From Diadema antillarum (lineage: Eukaryota): a stretch of DNA of 64,000 nucleotides. This document shows positions 13,770 to 24,989 of the stretch, one piece after another; the first letter of the stretch is position 1; the number at the start of each line of letters is the position of its first letter. The DNA is taken from positions 744,001 through 808,000 of the forward strand of contig NW_027270965.1 of NCBI RefSeq assembly GCF_040938485.1, given 5' to 3'. Made by a program: the position numbers and the translations under genes. Under the pieces are notes generated by a model. It was not told where the DNA came from, did not search any database, and was given only the letters and a program-made list of their open reading frames with translations.

Positions 13770-14520
13770 AATTTGGCAAAAGGAAGCAAGTGACATCGAG
13801 TACAAATGCTACAAATGAAGAAAATAATATGTTTTTGGGTAGTCCCTTCAACATGGAAATTTGTGATGAGAAATAGTGTCGTGGAAGTCATATGGTGGTG
13901 CATTTATATATATTCCCATAGAAACTCATTATTATGAAACTTATTTCCTTTTGCCAAAGTATTTTAGATTTGTAGCAAACATGAAAAATCGGGCAAAAGG
14001 AAGCATGTGACAAACATATCATGAGTACGTTACTTGCTTCCTTTTGCCAAAGTATTATAGATTTGTAGCAAACATAAAAAATTGGCAAAAGGAAGCAAGT
14101 GACAATCACATCATCTAAGCAGGTTATGGATGTCATTTGCTTCCTTTTGTCGAAGTATTTTAGATTGTGTGCAAATATAAATAATTTGGCAAAAGGAAAC
14201 AAGTGACAATCATATCATGAGGTGGTAACTTGCTTCCTTTTGCCAAAGTATTTCAGATTTTTAGCAAACATGAAAAATCTGGCAAAAGGAAACAAGTATG
14301 ACAATCACATCATGAGAATGTTACTTGCTTCCTTTTGCCAATTTTTTTTTTCATGCAATGTTGTGCACTTGCTTCCTTTTACCACCCGAATATCGCAGAA
14401 ATGGGCCAAAATTGTAACTTTTGGATTTTTCAGTTAAATAGAGCATGCCTCATATATGCCAAATCAATAAAAACGTCAATATCCATAAAAATATCACTTG
14501 CTTCATTTTGCCAAAGTAGG
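13770..14520. repeat. Array of TTGCTTCCTTTTGCCAAA motifs in alternating orientation
   Basis: Motif recurs on both strands roughly every 50-130 bp. Confidence 0.65.
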
Positions 14521-15148
14521 GCAGTATGCTCCATATTATTCATGACCATCGTTGTTATCATCATACCGTACTATACTCACACAAGGTCAAAGGGAACCCA
14601 GCAGAATATAGAATCGATACAATACACTTTTTTTTCCGAAGAGCACACATGATATTCCACTTCATCACAGGTAAAAATTAGGACGATCAGGACGTGGGAC
14701 CCGTTACTACCTAGTTTCTTGAGATCCTATACGACACTCTCCCCTTGATGGGCATACTTCAGGATAGAATGATTGGCGTGTCAAGGTCACTCAGACCTGG
14801 CCAGACAAAGAATGGGTCATTTAAAACATCTTGTCTGGGATTAGAGCTCTTAATATAAAATAGAATAGAGCCAAACAAAAAACAAAACAAAACAAAACAG
14901 TGTCGGCTGACCGAGTACTTGACAAGACTCCTCACGCGACATATAGTGCAAGTTCGTTGCTCTTTTGTATCAAGGCCGGTGTTTGTTTGTTTGTTTGTTT
15001 AATTGCAATTTAACATCATGGCAGAAATGAATTATATTTCTGGCGAGCAGACTGGCTGGGTGAAAGTTTTTTTTTTTTGTTTTTTTTAATGAACTTACAC
15101 GAGAAGATTATGATAATCTTGAGTTTGAAATAATTTTTCAACTAACAA

Positions 15149-15349
15149 CTCTCTAAAAAAAATTGAGTGAAAATATTCACTCTTAAAAGAGTGAATAAAA
15201 AAAGAGTGAATTTCAAGTGAAATTGGAGTGAATTTTGAGTGAAAATGAGCATTTTCACTCAAAATTCCCTCCAATTTCACTCGAAATTCACTCTTTTTTG
15301 TATTCACTCTTTTTAGAGTGAAAATTTTCACTCGATTTTTTTTTAGAGA
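15149..15349. mobile_element. Palindromic MITE rich in GAGTGAA/TTCACTC (EnSpm-like ends)
   Basis: CTCTCTAAAAAAA ... TTTTTTTAGAGAG termini with internal inverted motifs. Confidence 0.55.
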
Positions 15350-15839
15350 GAACGAAGTCTTGTTTCAAGAATGCACAACCGCATGGAAATTGATATTGAG
15401 ATGAATTGTTGTTAGTACCATCATTTCACAATTTTCCCATCAGTAGAAAATGATAAAACTTGGGGGATTTTGTCAATACTCCAGCATCAACACCCTTCCC
15501 AATTCTCAAAGTTTCTAAGGAATAATAAATATATTGCTTCAAAAGGTACAGCTTTTTTCTTTTCATTTTGAATATAGTGAAGGTATATGTGTGTTGATCC
15601 GTCAGTGTGTCAGTGGGAGAGTGCATATTACTTGGTGTGTGCAACTATATTATGCTCTTATCCAATTAACATTTTATTTACTAGATTGTATTAAATTCTA
15701 CTAAAATACTTCACTTCGCGAAAGATGTGTAAAAAAACTTTCCAACACCATAGGCTCTATACTGGCGTTTTTCACTTTCAGACCAATTCTGTTGAAGACT
15801 CTCATACAATTCCCTTGACAAGATGCTGTTGATCTGGTT

Positions 15840-15945
15840 GTAATTGCTGTTCTTGCTGCTGCTGCTGCTGCTATTGTTTTTATTGTTGTTCTTGTTGCTG
15901 TTCTTGTTGTTGTTGCTGCTGCTGCTGTTGTTGTTGTTGTTGTTT
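15840..15945. repeat. (CTG/TTG)n trinucleotide microsatellite
   Basis: Seen directly. Confidence 0.9.
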
Positions 15946-17831
15946 AAGCCGCTCACTTATAATTGCCTTGTATGGAGGTGATCCCACTAATCAGGGCGCC
16001 GCAGTATACCCCCATTCAAAATGAGTCTGCGCTGGTTCCTGTAAGCAATATGACGTAAATGTAGACTACACTAAACCCTTCGCTCTGTAGTAAGGAGATT
16101 AAACATCGGACTTTGAGGAAGTCACTCTGACAAAACTTTTGGCTCGCAAAATGTAACTCATCTCATATTGACAATTAACTGATAATGCTCAATCCATAGG
16201 AATGGTGAAATTTAGTAACGATTTTTGTATCAAGTCTATCTGTTTATGTTCGAAAATTGTTGTGGATGAAGAATATCCTGCCTTAAGTCACATTTTGCTT
16301 TCCCGCAATCCTATATAATCTTTAATTCTTAAATTCTTTATTCTTGATTTATTCAATATTGATTAAGTTGATTGATAGGGTTTGACTAGGGATAATGTGA
16401 TCATGAGGTTGATGAGAAGGTATGGATTTTTTTGTGTAGATTATGATAGTTATCTTCTTCTTTTTTTGAAAGCATGTAGGCAAAACACAAAATTGTGATT
16501 ACGATAATGACTGGATTTGAGGTGGAGGTTGTACCGAAGGTTTTGAATTAGTGTTGCTGATAATGTTTATTTGTTTTAAGATTAATAAAATATGTTGAAA
16601 AGTTGGAGGAGATTGAATTTGATCAGAGTAAGAGTATTTGTTTATATCATATTTCATTATCCGGTGAATACAGATGAATAATTTGCAGGATTTTGTATAT
16701 TGTGCCCCCAAGACACGGAAATAAATCACCCATATTATTTTTTTTCTGTATTAATAGTTAAAGATAAAGATATAAAGATATATATTGATAGCTTGATTGT
16801 TTGAAAACTGATGTTATGTCTCTATTATGTCTTATATGTCATTTGAATGCTGTTAATGCAATTGTATGTTGTATATTTTTTGTTTTGTAAAAATCATGGG
16901 AACAAAACAAGCATCCAGGATATCAACAATACCAGACTGAAATGAAATGAATGAAATCAAATCAAATTTCAGTCTTTTACTCCGCCATACTCCCTCCCCC
17001 ACCTCACTGCTTCCATCTCGCTTTCTCTCTCTCCCTCTCCCTCTCTCTCTCCCTCTCTCATGCACACACACATACATACACAATATGCATGATATGACGC
17101 ACAACACACAATACATGCCGGTATATATACCTTGTATGGGTATAGTCAACGCTTTAAAACCATCATAAAAAAAAAAAAAAAAAAATCTGTGGGATATTTC
17201 GTATCACCACACGAATCCCATACAACAAACCACTCACAGGTGAGACGCGAAGTTAGCAGTCGCTATTTATAGTCAAAACTTGAGAGATTTATTCTTTTTT
17301 TTTTTGAAAAGGTATTGCATTAAAAGTCATGCACGGTACATTTTTAGTGCATCTACTCGGCGATATATACATGGATTTTAAAGAAAAACAAGATCGTTTC
17401 ACTTTAAAAACAAAATGTATTAATATGCCAAATAATTTCACATTATTTCTTATCTAAGGTTATACAAATTGATTTTTGATATACACATTTTTTTCTCTAT
17501 GTGTAAATAAGTTTTATACTTCAGCGTAAATATGTTTCATCATAATTATTACTGTGTAAATAAGTTTCAAACTGGATTAAGTGTAACTATGTGTGATAGT
17601 GTAAAAGTGTTTTTAAAAAATCTACATAAAAGTGTAAATATGTTTCATGTTAATATGTTGAAATTGCGTTCTCCAATACCCTAAAGGGGTGACAGAGAAT
17701 AAATTACTACAGTACTGTCATTACTGTCAAATACGCGCAGCGTGAACTCCCAAGTTCATTGACCCTATCCAAAAAAAAAAAAAAGTCTTCAAAATTCACA
17801 ACGATTCCGGGATCACTACAAAATTTGAATC

Positions 17832-18778
17832 CATGGGTGTATGCAAGGGGGGGTCGGAAGGGTCGTACGACCCCCCCCCCCCCCCCCCCCCCAAATTTTC
17901 AAAAGGTCCACTTTTTGTAAAAGACATTTTTGTTTTTCAAGGGCTTTTTACCCTATCTATATACAACAGGAAAAAAAAGTGACCAGGTGGTATTCCAGCA
18001 AATTGTCAAAAACCTCGTAAATTCCGTAACTTAGTTTTAATCTGCCATACCTTATATCTAAGGCTTAGGCCTAAGCCGCACTGCCATGTTTACCGATTTT
18101 CCTGTCTCCCATCAGCAACTCATCGAATTGGTTGACTAGACTACACACTTACAGCTGGCCTACTATTACACGCACCTTACCCTATGACAACCGCCGCGTC
18201 CTGACAGCCGGGCGGCACAGCAACGCGCGGTTGCTTGCGCTCACCTGCTCCTTACTTGCTTCTAGTTATAGGACACTGCAATTCAAAGAGGTTCTAGAAT
18301 CCTTTCTTGCTACAGAGGCAAAGTTAGGCAGGATTGACTATCTCTGAAAATATTGTCAACTCTGGAATACTAGTATTGAATGGTCCGCAAAACTTTTTAC
18401 TATATACTCAAGAAGGTGTAGCTAGTCAGCAACTTTTTAAAGGCCTAAATGCAGTTGTCAACTTACCGATTCACAAACTTGTAAGTGACCAACACAGGTT
18501 TTATCACCAATTTTAACATAAATGGGGTTTTTAAGTATGCCTAAAAAGTCACTTTTGTATGCACCAAATGGCCCCATTTTAAGATATAGAATTCAAAAAC
18601 TCCCTACCGTGGGAGGGGGGACACCCCCCTCCCACACCCTCCCCCCGCTCGGCCGCTCCGCTCCCTCGGCCTAGGTCGCATCGCTCCCTCGGCCTAGGTC
18701 GCATCGCTCCCTCGCGAAGATAAAGGTCCAAAAATCGTGATTACGACCCCCCCAGAAAAAATCCTGGATACACCCCTG
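17832..18778. mobile_element. hAT-like non-autonomous element with apparent 5-bp TSD
   Basis: TIRs CATGGGTGTATGCAAG / CCTGGATACACCCCTG (13/16 match); GAATC at 17827-17831 and 18779-18783. Confidence 0.7.
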
Positions 18779-19525
18779 GAATCATCTGTCCTTGTGATTG
18801 TGTCATTATCAAGTTTGCCTGCAAATTTCATTTATATGCTTTAACTACTTTTTGAGTTATCAAAAACAGATTTGAACCAATGCCGATGATCGCTTCACCT
18901 TGTGGGAGGTACGTCTAAGGAAGCAGACCTCCGCCGAGCCGCTCGTTTACAGTGAATTCCACGTCAATAATCTTGTTCTCCACGCAAATGCATTTGCGTG
19001 GAGAGCAAGATTGGCGTGGAACGACACATTATGATCTCATGAGATCATAATGTGTCGCTCCATAATGCTGAAGTCGCCCAATTCTGTTACGTCATCAGCT
19101 TCCATCTACGCGGCGCGCTTCATCGCCCTTACAGAAGCTAGAGCACGCATGTTAGTGGGTATAATGCAAACCTAAAAAATGCGCAGCGTAAGCTTTTACA
19201 TTTATTGGCTCTTTCCTGCCAAAATATCGAAAAACCTTCATAAACTTCGGATCTCTACCAAAGATCATAATAATGTTTATTGTGCCATTCTCAACCTTTT
19301 CTGTACATCCAAATCCGTTAACAACTTTTGGGGGTATTTTGCACCTAGACAGAGAAACAAATAAACGAACAAAAGTCGATGAAATCAAAATGAAACGAAC
19401 AAAACAACAACAACAACAACAACACCCTACCAAAAACACCTGCCACAAAACACAACAAAACACTTAGTTTGTAGGCAATACCCGCGCTTGTAATTGGTAG
19501 CTCAGGCACCACTTGACAGGGCTGA

Positions 19526-19845
19526 GGGGGCCCGTTGCATAAAAATTACAGTTATGGTGACTTTGCCATCCAGTGAGGCCCGTTGCATAAAAGTTACAAT
19601 TATGGTAACTTTGCATCCGATAGTAACTACCATGGCAACAATAATCAACAGCCAATCACAATCAAGAATTCCATGGAAGTTACCATTGGATGGCAAAGTT
19701 ACCATAATAGCAACTTTTATGCAACGGACCCCAGTGGTAACTTCCATGAAATTCTTGATTTTTATTGGCTGTTGAGTATTGTTACCATGGTAGTTACCAT
19801 TGGATGGTAAAGTTACCATAATTGTAATTTTTATGCATCGGGCCC
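19526..19845. mobile_element. PIF/Harbinger-like palindromic MITE
   Basis: GGGGCCCGTTGCATAAAA ... TTTTATGCATCGGGCCCC termini, duplicated left end, internal GTTACCATGG palindromes. Coordinates approximate. Confidence 0.65.
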
Positions 19846-19931
19846 CTCAGGAACGCATTGCCAAGGAAGGCAACAATACTTTACCAGTAAATAACTTCAT
19901 CATTCATCGTACGCAGAGCGGGTTGCCCTCT

Positions 19932-20069
19932 GGGGACCGTTTCATGAAACTTTTTGTCAGTGATTTACACCGACAACTGTTTAAAGCTACTGAAATCCTT
20001 GCGTCTGATTGGCTGATAACAAATTTGTCGGTGAAAACCTCCGACGAACTCGTTGATGAAACGCCACCC
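19932..20069. mobile_element. Short MITE with central GATTGGCTGA, abutting the TAF13 start region
   Basis: GGGGACCGTTTCATGAA ... TTGATGAAACGCCACCC imperfect TIRs; no clean TSD seen. Confidence 0.55.
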
Positions 20070-20130
20070 TGATCGTACAATTGTACCACCCTCAACGTTC
20101 GTGGCAAAAACTTCTACACATACCGTAGAA

Positions 20131-20169
20131 ATGGCAGAATACTCCGGATCTGCAGCCACAGCAACGGAG
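20131..20169 (+). CDS. TAF13: TAF13 coding exon 1 (MAEYSGSAATATE), predicted
   Basis: gaaATGG start context and GAG|gtaaat phase-0 donor, matching the phase-0 acceptor at 28585; exon 2 has no in-frame ATG nearby. Confidence 0.6.
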
Positions 20170-20396
20170 GTAAATGTGTCTCTTGACAGTTAAAGATCAC
20201 TGTTTATACTTATTGCTTAATGTACAATTGCAAGCTAACTGAAATGTTATGGGATTATCGATGTACCACAGTAACGTTCACATGCAAACAGTCTTGAGGC
20301 CTAACAAGTATTGTAGTAGGTAAGCAACACTGTAGTCCCATAAGTTGTCTTTGATGTGGCATTTGCCTTGAGAGTTAAAACTCTGCCTGTATAATG

Positions 20397-21600
20397 AGGT
20401 GCGGGCACCTCGTCAGGGGCCCGAATACCGTCACCCCACTTAAAATTGTTTTGAGCGCACTAAACAAAAATGTATGCCCGGGACTGTGTCCTGTACGCTT
20501 GAAACTTGGCAGGGCTACCACTATCGAGCAAATTGTGGTGAAAACCGAACAGTTTTTCGCGAAAATCTGAAATTTTCATACTCATAGGGCTATAGGAATA
20601 CGTCACTACGTGTTATAAGTCACCTGCACGCATCTTTTACGTGTATGTCTATGGGAACATCACTGTCACCCGCACACGTCTTTTACGTGCTAAGTCTATG
20701 GGAGAGCGGGTGACGAGTTGCAGGCCCCTTCCTTAACTTTTTCGCATCGTTCGCGTTCGACGACGATAGCTTCAAATTTTCAATATCAATCAGTGAACTT
20801 GTGATTCCATTGGAATTTTCAGCATTTTTCCTGTATGTGAGTTGGATTTCAAAGAATTTCAGTGGCGAAATGTGATTCAAATATGGGCAAACATTAACTA
20901 TGACGAGGTGCGGGTCACTCAAGTATACTACATGTAACTCTGTCGCGGGGCGCTGTAACATGGTACGTATTGGGGACGCTGCTGCGGTTATGCCTGTACC
21001 TGCTGTGGCTGTGCTGTGGGTGTCTGGTTGTTACGCGTTAGACCTCTATAAGTTAGTGAGGTGCCCGCACCTCGCCAGGGGCCCGAATACCACCACCCTG
21101 CACACTTAGAACAAAAAAAAAAATATGTCCGGGACTGTGTTCAGTAAAGTTTAAATTCATCCCTGAAATATAAACATATAGACCTAACGTTAGTTTAAAT
21201 GATAGAAGTTAGAACTTGGCAGCGTTACCACAAACAAGCAAACTATGATGAGAAACGAGCAGTTTTTTGCGAAAATTTGAAATCTAAATATTACATCTAG
21301 AAATATGTGTAGATCTGTAATAATAAATATCATCAGGCACGGTCACCTGCACGCATCTGTTATGCGCTTGTCTATGGGAGCATCCATCACAGTCACCCCC
21401 ACCACACGTCTATTAGTATTACATGCTTTGTCTATTTCTGTATGGGAGTGCAGATGCATGAGATGGCAGCTGCAGGCCCCTTCCTTAATTTAGCTCACAA
21501 TTATTCTATTCAGCATCGTTCATGTTGAAGGATGGTAGCTGCAAATTTCTGGTATCGTTAGAAGTTAGAATTAAAATATGTTGTGTCTTTTTGAGGTTTG
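20397..21600. repeat. Diverged tandem duplication of a ~660-bp unit
   Basis: GAGGTGC(G/C)(G/C)GCACCTCG(T/C)CAGGGGCCCGAATAC at about 20397 and 21058, with collinear downstream blocks. Confidence 0.6.
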
Positions 21601-22668
21601 TACAGTATATACCAAAATAAACTTTGCGTTAAATTTACGTGTAACGCAAGCGCCGATCGGTACTGCGTTAATCTTTCTGCGTTACAAAATTAACGATCAC
21701 CGTGCGTGAATGATCGTTACAGATCGTTACAGATCGTTACTGTGCGTTACAGATCGTTACTGTGCGTTAATTTTTAGATCTTGCGTTAGCGGACTTGTCA
21801 TGTGGACTGGCAAGAAATCTCGGAAATTGCGAGACTCGGAGATGCCTCGGTTAAGTAACTGTCGTTCGTAATATTTACTACGGACAATTTCCTGCCGGCG
21901 GAAGGCATTTAAATAGCGATATCAAATACCGAAAAGATTTTGTAGTTGAGCAGAACTCCCCTGGCCCTGGCAATGTCGTATTGTCATGGTCGTCAAATTT
22001 GTCCTCATGGGCGCAGTCAATGGAATCGGGCAAGCAAAAATTTCGAAGCCACATTTTTCCCCACAGCCAACATATTCCATCGAACATTGAACCCATGAAA
22101 TCACGCATACGCAAGCCTAAAACTAACGCCGACTGTCTAACGTTAGCGATGTCACGATTTCAACAACGGTCAGACACTTACTCAATTCAGGAAGGTGCAA
22201 AAGTCCATTTATATTCCAATACACAACGTGTGTCTCGCCGAATAACTGGTGGTAGTGTGTGGTGACAACGCCGAGTATTTCGGCAGTAAAAGTAGCTGCA
22301 GCAGAAGAAAATGTCTACCACTTTCTGCTCGCATTATTACACTGCCAGCAGGTGAGTCAAGTGGTGACTTGATAGGCACGCTTCACATGAAAGTTTACCC
22401 AGAAACATGAAAAATCCCACGATGCCAAGGTGCCAGAGTGGGGAATGGGGAGGGGTGGAGAGAGAGAGATACCAATCAACAGAAGAAACCGCGCGTACTG
22501 GCGCATTCTCGGAGGTCATGAACAGTCTGGGGTCTTGGAGATGAACAGAGAAGGAATGTTTAATTAAAGATAGCTCAAGTCGAAGACCCAGGATTACAAA
22601 CGTTGATTCTTTTTTTTTTTCTCCTTTCATTTATCATGCCTTCACGTTTAGAAATGGTTGCACTCCTT

Positions 22669-22700
<32 letters not shown>

Positions 22701-23829
22701 TGCGATTTTTAAAACGTCAAACTTACCATGAAAGTGTTACTACGTGTAATACAATAGTTAATACTATACCTATTGCTTTAATCATACAATGTATCTGTAT
22801 AACACAACATTAGTTGACTACCAATGACAATAAAAGATACTTGTATTTGTTTTGTGCGGAGATTTTTTTGTCTTTATCCTGACTAGTTCCTATGAAATTT
22901 CTAATGTTTTTACGGCAGCATCAACAGCCTAAAATAAATTACTGAGAGATTTATAGATTATGAAATTTTTGGCAACCATCCATTTGAACGTCAGGCATGA
23001 AAAGCTCCTGATATTCAGCAAAAACAACTCAACAGATCAGAGACAAAGTTCCTTCAAATTTTTGAGAAGTAGCACGCAGATTTGCTGGGCGTGGCGAGGG
23101 TCCATGCTTTGAGATCGTCACAATCGTGTTGTCACCAGGGAGGTGGAGTGTCTCTCTTCCACCTCCCTGTTGTCACGGAGTATCGGGAAGTTCTCACAAA
23201 CTCCAGGATCACCCCTCCCTGCCAACTCCATGTTGCTCCCAGGGAGGCGGGAAGAGTCTCTTCCCACCTCCCTGTTGCTCCCCAACGTGCATTGTGAATG
23301 CGTGGCGTTTCTTGTCACCGTCAGTACCCGAGGCTGCTTTGTATTTGTCTTGGAATATTGATTCTTCTTGTCATAACATGAGTGTAGTAATCGTTTTGCA
23401 TGGCTATGTAAAAAATTGTGATACAACGTGTACTCAACTCGTCTTTGTGATTTTTTTTTCTTCAGTCCAAAAGGAAGACAAAATAGTATCATGACGTTTG
23501 CAATTGTTCGAAAGGTCTGCTTTTGATAACTCACAGACTACTCAGTAATCACCCTTGTTTTCCCGCTCCCAGGCCCTCCAATTTTATTGAGCAATCCACA
23601 CGCGCGCGCAAATTCCTTTGCCATGTGGTTTTGCCAGCCAGCTGTCGGAATGTGCTTTGAAGTTACATTTCAGCCTGGCCTGGCTGGCATGAATGGGTGT
23701 CGAGTTTCAATCAATACCTACCGTTGTTTTATTCTTGTATTTGAACATGTCGTTTCACCTGACAACACACGGAGATCGGGAAGGTGTAGGGCCAGGGAAG
23801 AGGTTTTTGTTGTGTGTTGCAACCTAATC

Positions 23830-23991
23830 CGGGCAATTAACCCCAGAGGGTAATACCCCCCCCCCCCCCCCCTCCCCCGCTAAATACTGGTTAATGGTAA
23901 GGTTAGAGTAAAGATTAGGGTTAGGTTTAGGGTGAGGAGTTTGGGTTATGGTTAGGATTAGGGCCAGGGGAAGGGTCCGGGGTAATTGCCC
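23830..23991. mobile_element. Small MITE containing degenerate TTAGGG-like repeats
   Basis: GGGCAATTAACCCC ... GGGGTAATTGCCC ends around GGTTAG/TTAGGG motifs. Confidence 0.6.
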
Positions 23992-24989
23992 AGGAAGAAA
24001 AGAGGGACGCGCTTTTGTTCTTGGTCAAATCGATTTCCTAGGTGATGCTGTGGAGCTAGAAAGGAACAAAAAAAGCAATTATGATGTCTGGCGTACTTCC
24101 GGGACGTCTTATTTTTCTTGCACTCTGAAATTTCCTAATGTTTGGCGTTATCAATGTCGTTAATTGTTATATAGTTACCCTCTTTCGCATTATAAACTTA
24201 AAGTCCATAGAACATTCATACGCATTAAGATCACACTCGAAAAGCTATACTGGTGTATAGTTTGAACACAGCAAAATGAAATAACGAATATCCCGCAGAT
24301 TTACCAAAATTATGCGTCATGTGGGTCCATTCATTTTCTTTTCTTTTTTTTTTCATTTGTCTTCTTGTCGATGTGGGGGGTATAGATTCAAGATATACTT
24401 TTCCTTTTCCCCTTTCGGCCCGGTGCGATTACTCCTGGTGCTGACATTCTTTCTGCTCGTCTTCCGATTATACTGTTGTTGTAAATACATGTAAATGCGC
24501 ATGGAGCCCCAGCTGTATCGCAAAAAAAAAAAAAAAAAAAAAAAAAAGTCTATCTAAAGTTGACCTTCAAGTACATGTACTTAAGTAAAATCTGAATCAA
24601 TTAGCCATGGTACGGGTTTGCGGTTTCAATCCCCTCGAAGCCCGATATTTGCCTTTAAGCAAGACACTTTATCCACAAAAGGCCAGGGCTCCACACTAAC
24701 TTTTATTTCGGTGGCCCGATCGTGCCACCAAAATGATTGATTTTTATTCTTTGGTGGCCCGAAAAGAAAAACAAACAAGCAAAACTATTGGTCCTACTAA
24801 ACATAGAAAAATAAATATCAAGTATTACTGAAGTGATACAGGTACCCACGTCTAAAATAAGGAGAAAATTTAATCATCTTATACCGTTATTCTGAGTTCT
24901 AAGATTTCGCAAATAGGCTTATAGATTATTATAAAAGTTGATGCCTATTAAATTGGTCAAAATTTACGTTTGAAATGAGAAAGTGGGAG

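Noticed and set aside
15711-15956. Poly-Asn/Ser or poly-Gln ORF
   Set aside because: Trinucleotide microsatellite without splice or homology support.
17232-17271. Minus-strand TATAAATA followed by a GTGAGT donor as alternative lectin promoter
   Set aside because: The implied exon would be only a few nucleotides; the 11415-11556 site fits spacing better.
21878-22114. 78-aa minus-strand ORF inside the 6.6-kb element as possible captured gene or transposase
   Set aside because: No recognisable domain or catalytic motif; a blastx would be needed to revive it.
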